Positions 19,345-31,442 of a stretch of DNA of 64,000 nt are shown one piece after another. Under the pieces are notes generated by a model, which saw nothing but the letters and a program-made list of their open reading frames with translations, was not told the origin of the DNA and made no database searches. Origin of the DNA: an uncultured Gemmatimonadales bacterium (GTDB taxonomy: Bacteria > Gemmatimonadota > Gemmatimonadetes > Longimicrobiales > RSA9); the NCBI GenBank assembly GCA_963708135.1, contig OY970192.1, positions 416,001 through 480,000 on the forward strand, given 5' to 3'. Each line of letters opens with the position of its first letter. Positions within the stretch are counted from its first letter, which is position 1. The position numbers and the translations under genes were made by a program.

Positions 19345-22320
19345 CTACTTTCTGCGGGATCCCTTCCGCGCGCGGCGCGGCCTGGAGGGCGCGGCGGCGG
19401 AATCGGTGGGGAGGGGCTCGAAGACGGCCTTGACGATGCGCTCCTGCTCGGCGGCCTGGGCGTTGGCGTAGCCCTCGGCGGGGGCGGCGCGCTCGGGGCG
19501 GCCGACGTAGGCGAGTCGCACGGCGTCGGCAAGGAGGCGGCGGATGCGCGGCTCCATGGACGGCCAGGCGCCCATGTTCTGCGGCTCCTCCTGCGCCCAG
19601 ACGACCTCTTCGAGCGCGGGGTAGCCGGCCAGCGTCTCCTCGAGCTCGGGCCGCGGGAAGGGATAGAGCTGCTCCACGCGGACGAGGGCGACGTTCCCGG
19701 CGCCGCCGCCGTTCTCGGCGCCTTGCTCCCCCTTCGCGCCGGCCTTCTCCCCCTTCGCGCCGGCCTTCTCCCCCTTCGCGCCGGCCTTCTCCCCCTTCGC
19801 GCCGGCCTTCTCCCCCTTCGCGCCGGCCTTCTCCCCCTTCGCAGCGGCTTTGCCTCCGTTGGCCTCGGGCGAGTCGGCGGCCGCGAGCAGGTCGTAGTAG
19901 AACTTGCCGCTGGACAGCACCACGCGGGTCACGGCTTCGCGCCGCTCGTCGGCCGTGGCATCGTCGAGCACGGGGTGGAAGCGGCCGGAGGTCAGCTCGG
20001 CCACGGGAGAGGTCGCCTTCGGGTGGCGGAGCAGGCTCTTGGGCGTGAAGACGACGAGCGGGCGCCGCTCGGCGGCCAGCGCCTGGCGGCGCAGCAGGTG
20101 GAAGTACTGCGCGGGCGTGCTGCAGTTGGCGATGCGCAGGTTGCCTTCCGCGGCGAGCTGGAGGAAGCGCTCGATGCGGGCGCTGGAGTGCTCGGGGCCC
20201 TGGCCCTCGCTGCCGTGCGGGAGCAACAGGGCGAGACGGGCCTCCTGGCCCCACTTGGCCTGGCCGGCGCTGATGAACTGGTCGATGATGACCTGCGCGC
20301 CGTTGGCGAAGTCGCCGAACTGGCCCTCCCACAGCACGAGCGCGTCGGGGGCCGCCACGCTGAAGCCGTACTCGAAGCCCATGGCGGCGAGCTCGGAGAG
20401 CGGGCTGTTGTAGATCTCGAACGGCACCTCGATGCCGGCCACGCCGGCGACGGGGGTGTAGCGCGCGTCGGTGTGGACGTCGTGGAGCACGAGGTGGCGC
20501 TGGCTGAAGGTGCCGCGCTGGGTGTCCTGTCCCGACATCCGGATCGGCCGGCCGTCGAGCAGCAGCGTGCCGAGGGCGAGCGCCTCGGCGTGGGCCCAGT
20601 CGAGGGGCCGGTCGTCGGGCACGGCCGCGCTGCGGCGGCGCAGCTGACGCTCGAGCTTGGGGTGTGGCGAGAAGCCCTCGGGCCAGCTGTGCAGCGCGCG
20701 GTCCACCAGGACGAGCGTGTCCCGCGCGACGGCGGTGGCGGCTTCGGGCTCCGTCTCCGTCCCGGCCGGCGCGCCGCCGTTGCGGCCGGGCTCCTCCGTC
20801 TGGACGTTCTTCTTCACCTCCGCCTGCGCGTCAATGAGGCGCTGGTGGGCGGCCTCCCAGAGTGCCTCGACCTCGTCGGCCGTGACCACGCCGTCGGCCA
20901 CGAGCCGGTCCGCCCAGAGCTTGCGCACGGTGGGGTGCTCGCCGATGGCCTCGTAGAGCACGGGCTGGGTGTAGGCCGGCTCGTCGCCCTCGTTGTGGCC
21001 GTAGCGGCGGTAGCCGATCATGTCGATGACCACATCGCCGTGGAAGCGCGCGCGGTAGTCCATGGCCAGGCGGGCGGCGGCGAGGCAGGCCTCGGGGTCG
21101 TCGGCGTTGACGTGCACGACCGGGATGTCGAAGCCCTTGGCCAGGTCGCTGGCGTAGCGGGTGGAGCGGCCGGAGCGCGGCAGCGTCGTGAACCCGATCT
21201 GGTTGTTCGTGATCAGGTGGAGCGTGCCGCCGGTCCGGTAGCCGTCGAGCTCGGCCATGTTGAGCGTCTCGGGGACGACGCCCTGCCCGGCGAAGGCGGC
21301 GTCGCCGTGCATGAGGACGGGCAGCACCACGTCCTCGTCGCGGACGAGCTCGGGCCGGTGGAGGTCGGTCTGGCGGGCGCGGACCATCCCCTCCACGACG
21401 GGGTCGACGAACTCGAGGTGGCTCGGGTTGGGCGCGAGGGTGACGTCGAGCCGCCGGCCGGAGCGGGTCTCGTAGGTGCCCTCGCCGCCAATGTGGTACT
21501 TCACGTCGCCGTTGCCGATGCCGACGGGGTGGATGCCCTCGAACTCCGCGATGACGCGCTGGTAGGGTGTGCCGAGCAGGTGGGCGAGCACGTTCAGCCG
21601 GCCGCGGTGCGCCATGCCGAGGATGATCTCGCGCGCGCCGGCCGCGGCGCCGCGCTCGATCGCGACGTCCAGCATCGGCACCAGCATGTCGTTGCCCTCG
21701 CCCGAGAAGCGCTTCATCCCGAGATAGGAGCGGTGCAGGAACTGCTCGAAGGCCTCGAGGGCGGTGAGCCGCTCGAGCAGCCGCTTCTTGTCCTCGGCGT
21801 CGAGGGGCTTGCGGTGGGCGCCGCTCTCGATCTGCTCGCGCAGCCAGTGGCGCCGCTCGGGCTCGGCCAGGTGCTCGTACTCGTAGCCAATGGTGCCGCA
21901 GTAGATCTGGCGGTAATAGGCGAGGACGTCGGACACGGTGAGCGCATCGCCCTGGAAGCCGATGGCGGACGCGGGCAGCGTGGCGAGGTCCTCCGCCGTG
22001 ATGCCGTAGAACTCGGGCTGGAGCGTGGGTGGCGGCTCGGGCGCCGGTGCCAGGGGATTCAGCCGCGCGGCCATGTGCCCGCGCAGCCGGTAGGCATCCA
22101 CCAGCTCGGCGGCGCCGACCGCCACGCGCAGCTGCGCGGGCGAGAGGCCGGCGCCGTTCGCGTGGGCCTCGAGGGGGATCAGCCCGTGCTCCGCCGCGTC
22201 GCCGGAGGAGAAGAACCGGCGCCAGGCCTCATCGACCGTTGCCGGGCTCTGCAAATACCGCTCGTACAGCGCCTGCGCGTAGCCGGCGTTGTACGTATCG
22301 AAGCCGTTCCGCTGTCGCAC
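19345..22320 (-). CDS. sucA: 2-oxoglutarate dehydrogenase E1 component
   Basis: KRFSGEG, GMAHRGRLNVL, NPSHLE, HGDAAFAGQGVV, GHNEGDEP, SGQD..RGTFSQRH, QEEPQNMGAW. Confidence 0.97.
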   Translation of the reverse strand: MRQRNGFDTYNAGYAQALYERYLQSPATVDEAWRRFFSSGDAAEHGLIPLEAHANGAGLSPAQLRVAVGAAELVDAYRLRGHMAARLNPLAPAPEPPPTLQPEFYGITAEDLATLPASAIGFQGDALTVSDVLAYYRQIYCGTIGYEYEHLAEPERRHWLREQIESGAHRKPLDAEDKKRLLERLTALEAFEQFLHRSYLGMKRFSGEGNDMLVPMLDVAIERGAAAGAREIILGMAHRGRLNVLAHLLGTPYQRVIAEFEGIHPVGIGNGDVKYHIGGEGTYETRSGRRLDVTLAPNPSHLEFVDPVVEGMVRARQTDLHRPELVRDEDVVLPVLMHGDAAFAGQGVVPETLNMAELDGYRTGGTLHLITNNQIGFTTLPRSGRSTRYASDLAKGFDIPVVHVNADDPEACLAAARLAMDYRARFHGDVVIDMIGYRRYGHNEGDEPAYTQPVLYEAIGEHPTVRKLWADRLVADGVVTADEVEALWEAAHQRLIDAQAEVKKNVQTEEPGRNGGAPAGTETEPEAATAVARDTLVLVDRALHSWPEGFSPHPKLERQLRRRSAAVPDDRPLDWAHAEALALGTLLLDGRPIRMSGQDTQRGTFSQRHLVLHDVHTDARYTPVAGVAGIEVPFEIYNSPLSELAAMGFEYGFSVAAPDALVLWEGQFGDFANGAQVIIDQFISAGQAKWGQEARLALLLPHGSEGQGPEHSSARIERFLQLAAEGNLRIANCSTPAQYFHLLRRQALAAERRPLVVFTPKSLLRHPKATSPVAELTSGRFHPVLDDATADERREAVTRVVLSSGKFYYDLLAAADSPEANGGKAAAKGEKAGAKGEKAGAKGEKAGAKGEKAGAKGEKAGAKGEQGAENGGGAGNVALVRVEQLYPFPRPELEETLAGYPALEEVVWAQEEPQNMGAWPSMEPRIRRLLADAVRLAYVGRPERAAPAEGYANAQAAEQERIVKAVFEPLPTDSAAAPSRPRRARKGSRRK
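19726..19843 (-). repeat. In-frame 21-bp tandem repeat in sucA encoding (GAKGEKA)n
   Basis: CTCCCCCTTCGCGCCGGCCTT repeated about 5.5 times. Confidence 0.95.
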
Positions 22321-22694
22321 GATGTCTCTTCCGTTCCGGCCGGGTTTCCACGTCGAACGGGTTCAGGTGTACCCCGCGCGACGGGCCGCGTTCGCTCGCG
22401 GCCCGATTCGCCGCCACGCGGCCGCGTTTGGCGCGCGGCGCCCCCCGGCAAAGGGCGTCAGTATGGGGCGGGGCGAGCGGGAAGTCCAGCGCCCGCGAGG
22501 CCGCTCCGGCCCGGGTGACGGGGAGCAACATCCACGCCGGTCGGGGCCGGGAGGCGCACAGGGGGCGCAGGCGTGGGGATTGTGTCGCGGCGCCGAAAAG
22601 GCGAACTTGGGCGCCGCCGAGCCCGATGCCGGACCCCCGGCCGCTGCTGGCGGTCGGCCGGAGAACCCAGCCTGAGGACGGAAGCGAGGCGGCC

Positions 22695-23585
22695 ATGGGC
22701 ATGCAGATCGGAATCCGCGGGGCGCCGCTGCTCGCGCTGGCGATGGCCGCCGCCTGCGGCCGCGGCGGCGACGGCGGTGCGGGCGCCGCGGCGGCGACGC
22801 CGGCTGCCGGCCTGCGCCGCGCGCCGCGCATCGCGCTCTTCCACGGCTCCCGTCCATTCACGCTGGCCTCGGCGCTGCGGCGCCCGGACCGGCCGATCGG
22901 GTCCGTGGGGCTGCGGGCGCTGGCGGGCATCGCGCCCGGGTCGGGTGCGGGCGCCCTGCCGCTCATCCTCGCGCAGCCCCGCCGGGAGGGCTACCTCTCG
23001 CTGCCGCGCAGCCTGCTGGCGGCGCGCGCCCTGGAGTCCGGGGATGCGCCGGCGGACTACGCCGCTCCGAGCGATGCGGACGCGGACGGGATGGCGGCCG
23101 GAGCACCGCTCGTCGGCCTCGCCGCACGGCCGGCGGCGCTCGACGACATCGTGATCCCGGTGGTCGGGATCCTCGGCTCCCGGCTGCGCGACAGCTTCCG
23201 CTCCCCCCGGATCGGCCACGTGCACCACGCCATCGACATCATCGCGCGGCGCGGCACGCCCGTGGTGGCGGCCGTGGACGGCACGGTCGAACTGATGAAG
23301 TGGGATCACGGCGGCGGCCGGACGGTCCGGCTGCTGGATGCCACCCGCCGCTACATCCTCTACTACGCCCACCTGAGCGGCTACGCCGCCGGCCTCGCCG
23401 AGGGCGACACCGTGCGGGAGGGTCGGGTCATCGGCTACGTCGGCCACACCGGCCACGTCATCGGCTCCTCGCACCTCCACTTCCGCATCGGCCGCGTGGA
23501 CGACCCCGCGGAGTGGTGGAAGGACCGCCCGCTGGATCCGTATCCGCTGCTCAGGGACGCGGAGCCCGCCGATACGGTCCACTAG
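22695..23585 (+). CDS. M23 family metallopeptidase, probable lipoprotein
   Basis: HHAIDI, YYAHL, HLHF, LDPYPLL; lipobox-like MAAAC. Confidence 0.88.
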   Translation: MGMQIGIRGAPLLALAMAAACGRGGDGGAGAAAATPAAGLRRAPRIALFHGSRPFTLASALRRPDRPIGSVGLRALAGIAPGSGAGALPLILAQPRREGYLSLPRSLLAARALESGDAPADYAAPSDADADGMAAGAPLVGLAARPAALDDIVIPVVGILGSRLRDSFRSPRIGHVHHAIDIIARRGTPVVAAVDGTVELMKWDHGGGRTVRLLDATRRYILYYAHLSGYAAGLAEGDTVREGRVIGYVGHTGHVIGSSHLHFRIGRVDDPAEWWKDRPLDPYPLLRDAEPADTVH

Positions 23586-23617
23586 CCGCGCGCCGGCGGC
23601 TCCACCCGAACGAGGAG

Positions 23618-23671
23618 AAGCGGGTGGGGGCCGCCCGGCCGGAATTCCGGCCGGGCGGCCCCCACCCGCTT
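23618..23671. repeat. Perfect 54-bp palindrome; probable bidirectional terminator
   Basis: AAGCGGGTGGGGGCCGCCCGGCCGGAA|TTCCGGCCGGGCGGCCCCCACCCGCTT, between convergent genes. Confidence 0.9.
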
Positions 23672-23764
23672 ATGCCTCCGATCTTCCCGGGCGGCCCGCA
23701 CCCGCATTGCTCCCGTCGTGACCCTACCCCCACCCGCTCACCCGCACCCGCGGTCGGCGCAGCT

Positions 23765-24619
23765 TCAGGCGCCGGGGCCGTTCGGTGCGTTCGGCGTCGG
23801 CGGCGCGGGGGGCGCGCCGGGCCCGCGCGGGGCGCCCCGGCCGTCCATCCCGGCGCCGTGGCTGCCGCGGCCGCCGCGCATCCCGGCACCGTGGCCGTCT
23901 CCGCCGCGCATCCCGGGCCCGGGGCCGCGCATCCCGGCACCATGGCCGTCTCCGCCGCGCATCCAGCCGGCCTCGCCGCGCATGCCGCGGCCGTTGCGCA
24001 TCTGCTCCTGCATGATGAGGCGCAGGTGGTCCTGCTGGGCGGGCGTGAGGACGCCGCTGATGTCGCTCATCTCGGAGAGGCGGGCGGCCCGGAGCTTCTG
24101 CACGAGGGGCAGCATCTCGTCGCGCTGCTTCTGCATCTCCTCGCGCAGGGCGGTGCCCTGCTGCTCCATCTTCTGCCGGAGCTGCTGCCTCTCTTCCGGC
24201 GTCAGGTCCTCCGGCGATTTGCCGCCGAGCAGGTCCTGCCGCTGCTTCTGCATCCGCTCCTGCATCTGCTGATGCTCCTGCTGGAGCTTCTGGAGCAGGT
24301 CCTGGTTCTGGGACTTGAAGCGCGACTGGATCGCCTGGAGCCGGGATGCCTGGGCGTCGGTGAGGCCGAGCCGGTTCTTCATGTCCAGCAGGTGCTGGAT
24401 CGGCTCGTCCTGCAGCATGGCCCCGCGCATCCCCATCGCGCCGGGACCCATGCCGGGACCCATCCCGCCGGTGCCGTGGCCCATCATCCCCGGCCCCATG
24501 CGGGGCATCGGGTGGCCGGCGGGCGGATGGCCCGGCTGCGGGTTCGGATTCTGTGCCGCGAGCGGCAGCGGCGCCGCCACGAGCAGAGCGGCCAGCAGGC
24601 CTCTGAGCGTCGAATGCAT
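23765..24619 (-). CDS. Spy/CpxP-like periplasmic protein with Gly/Met-rich tails
   Basis: GGAGGAG RBS, signal peptide, LGLTDAQ and VLTPAQ (LTxxQ) motifs, helical Q/E-rich core. Confidence 0.8.
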   Translation of the reverse strand: MHSTLRGLLAALLVAAPLPLAAQNPNPQPGHPPAGHPMPRMGPGMMGHGTGGMGPGMGPGAMGMRGAMLQDEPIQHLLDMKNRLGLTDAQASRLQAIQSRFKSQNQDLLQKLQQEHQQMQERMQKQRQDLLGGKSPEDLTPEERQQLRQKMEQQGTALREEMQKQRDEMLPLVQKLRAARLSEMSDISGVLTPAQQDHLRLIMQEQMRNGRGMRGEAGWMRGGDGHGAGMRGPGPGMRGGDGHGAGMRGGRGSHGAGMDGRGAPRGPGAPPAPPTPNAPNGPGA

Positions 24620-24823
24620 CGTCTCCTCCGTCCGGGCCGCGTCCGTGGCTCCGTCGATCGGTCGATCGGGTTCGCGCGGCCTCACTCCTAGAGACCCGCG
24701 GCGGCCGGCGAACGTTAAATCGGCGCAGACGGCGCGGGGGGCGCGGCCGGTTGCCGCCCGGGCGGGCCGGCACTATCCTTGGGGCGACGGCGGCCCACCT
24801 CCTCTTCGCGGTGAAATCCCCGG

Positions 24824-27463
24824 ATGGCCAGGAAGGACGACACTCCGCTGATGCAGCAGTGGCGGGAGGCGAAGAACCGCCACCCGGACGCGCTCATCTT
24901 CTTCCGTGTCGGTGACTTCTACGAGATGTTCAATCAGGACGCGGAGGAGGGCGCGAAGCTGCTCGGCCTCACGCTGACCTCGCGCAACAACGGCGGGGCC
25001 GCGGGCGTGCCGCTCGCGGGCGTGCCCGTGCGCGCGCGCGACGAGTACCTGGAGAAGCTCGTCCGCATGGGGCGCCGGGTCGCCATCTGCGAGCAGATGG
25101 AGGAGGCGTCGGAGGCGAAGGGGATCGTGCGGCGGGACGTGGTGGAGACGGTCACGCCGGGCGCCGTGCTGGCCGACTCGCTGCTCGACGCCGGGCGCAA
25201 CAACTTCCTGGTGGCGCTGGCGGGCGAGGCGGACGGCGCGCTCGGGCTCGCGGGCGTGGACATCTCGACCGGCGAGGTGGTGGCGGCGGCCACCTCGCCG
25301 GAATGGCTGGAGTCGGACCTCGCGCGCTTCGAGCCGGCGGAGCTGCTGCTGCCGCAGGCGTGGGAAGGCCAGGCGACGGAGGTCGGCGCGGGGATCCCGC
25401 GCACCTACCGCCCCGACTGGATCTTCGACCGGGAGTGGGCGGCGGAGGAGCTCGCCCGCCGCTACGGCGTCCATTCCGTCGAGGGCTTCGGCTTCCAGGC
25501 GGAGGACGGTCCGCTGGTGCGCGCGCTTGGCGCGCTCGTCGGCTACCTGGCGGAGGTCCAGCCGGCGGCGCTCGAGGCGCTGCGCCCGCCGCGGCTGGAG
25601 CGCGCCGGCCACGCCATGGTGCTGGACGAGATGACGCGCCGGAACCTCGAGCTCGTGGAGCCGCTGCGAGTGGAGGCCGGCGCACGCGGCGGCGGGCGCG
25701 CGGGCACGCTGCTCGAGGTGGTGGACGAGACGCTGACGGCCATGGGCGCGCGGCTGCTGCGGCGCTGGCTCCTTGCCCCGCTGCTGGTGCCCGAGGCGAT
25801 CTGGGCACGGCAGGAGGCGGTGGCGGCGCTCGTGTTCGGCGCGCCGCTTCGCCGCGCGCTACGCTCCGAGCTGCGCGAGATCCGCGACCTCGAGCGGCTG
25901 GCGGCCAAGGTGGGCGCCGGGCGGGTGGCGCCGCGCGAGCTGAGCGCGCTGGCGGCGTCGCTCGCGCGGCTGCCGTCGCTGCGCGAGACCGTGCTGGCCG
26001 AGGAGCCGGAGGGGCTGCTGCGCGAGCTCGTGGAGGAGCTCGACGTGCTGGCGGACGTGCGCGCCACGATCGACCGCGCGCTCGCGGACGAGCCGCCGGC
26101 CACTCTGGGCGAGGGAGGCGTGATCCGGGCCGGCTACGACGCGGAGCTCGACGGGCTGCGGGAGACGCGCGACGGGGCACGCGGGTTCATCGCATCCCTG
26201 CAGGCGCGGGAGCGGCAGCGCACGGGCATCGGCTCGCTCAAGGTCGGCTTCAACCAGGTGTTCGGCTATTATCTCGAGGTCACGCGCTCGAACCTGGAGC
26301 GCGTGCCGGACGACTACGAGCGCAAGCAGACACTGGCCAACGCGGAGCGCTACGTCACGACCGAGCTCAAGGAGTGGGAGTCGAAGGTGCTCGGGGCGGA
26401 GGAGCGGATCGCGGCGCTGGAGGTGCGCCTCTTCGGCGAGCTGCGGCGCGAGGTGGCGGCGGCGGTGGGGCGGCTGCAGGCGGCGGCGGAGGGGGTGGCC
26501 GCGCTGGACGTGCTTGCGGGGCTGGCGCAGCTGGCGGAACGGCGCGGCTACGTGCGCCCGGAGGTGCACGGCGGGTTCGCGCTGGAGGTGAGGGCGGGGC
26601 GGCACCCGGTGGTCGAGACGATGATGCCCCGCGAGGCGTTCATCCCGAACGACGTGGTGCTGGACGAGGACGCGCGCGTCATCATCCTGACCGGCCCGAA
26701 CATGGCCGGCAAGAGCACGCTGCTGCGGCAGGTCGGCCTCATCCAGCTGCTCGCGCAGGTCGGCTCGTTCGTGCCCGCCGCGGCGGCCCGGGTGCCGGTG
26801 TGCGACCGGATCTTCACGCGCGTCGGCGCGTCGGACAACCTCGTACGGGGGCAGTCCACGTTCATGGTCGAGATGAACGAGACGGCGGCCATCCTGCACG
26901 GCGCCACGGCGCGCTCGCTGGTGCTGCTGGACGAGATCGGGCGGGGCACGGCGACCTACGACGGCGTGAGCATCGCGTGGGCGGTGACGGAGCACCTGCA
27001 CCAGGCGCTCGGCGCCAAGACGATCTTCGCCACGCACTACCACGAGCTGACCCAGCTGGCGGACCAGCTGCCGGCGCTCGTCAACTTCAACGTGGCGGTC
27101 AGGGAAGCGGGACACGAGATCGTGTTCCTGCACCACCTGGAGGCGGGCGGCGCGAGCCGCTCCTACGGCATCGAGGTCGGCCGGCTGGCGGGGCTGCCGC
27201 CGGAGGTGGTCGCGCGGGCGCGCGAGATCCTGCTCGAGCTGGAGGGCGCGCACACCGGCGGCGGCGCGGGGCTCGGCCACCATGGCGCAGGCGCGCCTCC
27301 GGCGACGAAGGGCCAGCTCTCGCTCTTCGCGCCCGCCGAGCACCCGGTGGTCGAGCGGCTCCGGCGGGTGCGGGTCGAGTCGCTGACGCCGCTCCAGGCG
27401 CTGAACGTGCTCGCGGAGATGCAGGCCGCGGTGCGGGACCGCGAGGAAGGCGGCGGGCGATGA
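24824..27463 (+). CDS. mutS: DNA mismatch repair protein MutS
   Basis: TPLMQQW, FFRVGDFYEMF, TGPNMAGKST, DEIGRGT, FATHYHEL, SYGIEV, clamp motif QLSLF. Confidence 0.98.
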   Translation: MARKDDTPLMQQWREAKNRHPDALIFFRVGDFYEMFNQDAEEGAKLLGLTLTSRNNGGAAGVPLAGVPVRARDEYLEKLVRMGRRVAICEQMEEASEAKGIVRRDVVETVTPGAVLADSLLDAGRNNFLVALAGEADGALGLAGVDISTGEVVAAATSPEWLESDLARFEPAELLLPQAWEGQATEVGAGIPRTYRPDWIFDREWAAEELARRYGVHSVEGFGFQAEDGPLVRALGALVGYLAEVQPAALEALRPPRLERAGHAMVLDEMTRRNLELVEPLRVEAGARGGGRAGTLLEVVDETLTAMGARLLRRWLLAPLLVPEAIWARQEAVAALVFGAPLRRALRSELREIRDLERLAAKVGAGRVAPRELSALAASLARLPSLRETVLAEEPEGLLRELVEELDVLADVRATIDRALADEPPATLGEGGVIRAGYDAELDGLRETRDGARGFIASLQARERQRTGIGSLKVGFNQVFGYYLEVTRSNLERVPDDYERKQTLANAERYVTTELKEWESKVLGAEERIAALEVRLFGELRREVAAAVGRLQAAAEGVAALDVLAGLAQLAERRGYVRPEVHGGFALEVRAGRHPVVETMMPREAFIPNDVVLDEDARVIILTGPNMAGKSTLLRQVGLIQLLAQVGSFVPAAAARVPVCDRIFTRVGASDNLVRGQSTFMVEMNETAAILHGATARSLVLLDEIGRGTATYDGVSIAWAVTEHLHQALGAKTIFATHYHELTQLADQLPALVNFNVAVREAGHEIVFLHHLEAGGASRSYGIEVGRLAGLPPEVVARAREILLELEGAHTGGGAGLGHHGAGAPPATKGQLSLFAPAEHPVVERLRRVRVESLTPLQALNVLAEMQAAVRDREEGGGR

Positions 27464-27495
27464 GGCGGACGGCGAGGCGGCGGGAGGAGCGAGCA

Positions 27496-27972
27496 ATGGG
27501 CGTTCGGCGGCGGCGTCGCGTGAGCGGGCGCGCCTGCCGGCGCCGGCTTGCGGGGATGGCCGTGCTGGTGGCGGCGCTGGTGCTCCCCGCGGCGTGTGGT
27601 CCCGAGGCGCCGCTGGTGGACGCGCGCATGGTGGACGCGCCGTCGCCGTTCGGCTACCCGGTGTCGCTCTGGGACGAGGGCGCGTCCGGGGAGACGGTGC
27701 TGCTGGTGCACGTGACGGTGAGCGGGGAGGTGGACAGCGTGACGGTGGCGCAATCGAGCGGCCGGCTACCGTTCGACTCGGCCGCGCTGGCGGATGGCCG
27801 GAAGCTGCGCTTCATTCCCGCGCACCGGGGCGGCGACAGGGTCCCGACGTGGGTCCGCGTGCCGGTGCGCTTCTCACGCGACAGCGCGGCGGCCGCGCAG
27901 CCGGACAGCGCGGCCGAGCTGCCTCCGGACAGCGCCACGCCGGCGCCGCCCGACAGCGGCAGGACTTCGTGA
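27496..27972 (+). CDS. TonB C-terminal domain (energy transducer TonB family) lipoprotein
   Basis: YP......G..G.TVLLVHV...G.V....V.QSSG...FD.AAL....LRF.PA; start uncertain (27460, 27496 or 27556). Confidence 0.78.
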   Translation: MGVRRRRRVSGRACRRRLAGMAVLVAALVLPAACGPEAPLVDARMVDAPSPFGYPVSLWDEGASGETVLLVHVTVSGEVDSVTVAQSSGRLPFDSAALADGRKLRFIPAHRGGDRVPTWVRVPVRFSRDSAAAAQPDSAAELPPDSATPAPPDSGRTS

Positions 27973-27988
27973 GCAGCGGAGGCTGGTG

Positions 27989-30518
<2,530 letters not shown>

Positions 30519-30584
30519 GGGCTCGGGGCTCGGGGCTCGGGGCTCGGGGCTCGAGCCCCGCCAAAAGACAGTCAGGACGATTGA

Positions 30585-31415
30585 ATGGGATACGGCAGCT
30601 CCTTCACATTCGGCTACGGGCTCACGCCGTGGGTCAAGCGGCTCCTCATCGCGAACGCGGCCGTGTTCGTCATCACGTGGCTCGCGCCCGCCGTGGTGCC
30701 CTTCCTGGCGTTCACGCCCAGCCAGGTGCTGTTCCAGCCGTGGACGGCGCTCACCTACATGTTCGTGCACGCCGGCTTCTTCCACATCTTCTTCAACATG
30801 CTGGCCCTCTTCTTCTTCGGGCCGCCGCTGGAGCAGAAGTGGGGATCGTCGGAGTTCCTGAAGTACTACGTGATCTGCGGGCTGGGCGGCGCGCTGCTGT
30901 CCTTCGTGTTCGCCTTCAACGCCTCCGTGATCGGCGCCTCGGCGGCCGTGTACGGCGTGATGCTCGCCTTCGCGATGAACTGGCCGGACGCGCCGATCTA
31001 CATCTGGGGCATCTTCCCGATCAAGGCCAAGTGGCTGATCCTGATCTTCGTCGGGATCTCGCTCTTCAGCGCGTTCGGCGGCGGTGCGGGCGGCGGCGGT
31101 GGGATCGCGCACTTCGCCCACCTGGGTGGCTTCGCGGCCGGCTTCCTGTACCTGAAGCTCGACCGGCACCGCCCCGGCCCGCTCGCGCGGCTGCGGAAGC
31201 TCTTCACCCGTCCTCGCCTCACGGTGGTGCACGGCGAGCCACAGGTCCGGCCGCCCGTCAGGGAGATGCGCCGGCCGCGCTCGCAGGAAGAGGAGCGCAT
31301 GCTCGACGACGTGGACCGCGTCCTCGACAAGATCAGCCACGAGGGGATGGCCAGCCTCACGCCCGAGGAGCGCCGCCTCCTCGACGACGTCAGCCGCAGG
31401 TTCCGGCAGCACTGA
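30585..31415 (+). CDS. Rhomboid intramembrane serine protease with C-terminal soluble domain
   Basis: HIFFNM, IGASAA, AHLGG; tail VDRVLDKIS..G..SLT.EE. Confidence 0.95.
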   Translation: MGYGSSFTFGYGLTPWVKRLLIANAAVFVITWLAPAVVPFLAFTPSQVLFQPWTALTYMFVHAGFFHIFFNMLALFFFGPPLEQKWGSSEFLKYYVICGLGGALLSFVFAFNASVIGASAAVYGVMLAFAMNWPDAPIYIWGIFPIKAKWLILIFVGISLFSAFGGGAGGGGGIAHFAHLGGFAAGFLYLKLDRHRPGPLARLRKLFTRPRLTVVHGEPQVRPPVREMRRPRSQEEERMLDDVDRVLDKISHEGMASLTPEERRLLDDVSRRFRQH

Positions 31416-31442
31416 CGAGCGGCTGACATTCGTGCGTGCCGG

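Noticed and set aside
15452..22518. Long antisense ORFs (15452-18556, 18805-22518) and similar Arg/Pro/Ala-rich ORFs throughout
   Set aside because: Stop-poor shadows expected in very GC-rich DNA opposite well-supported genes
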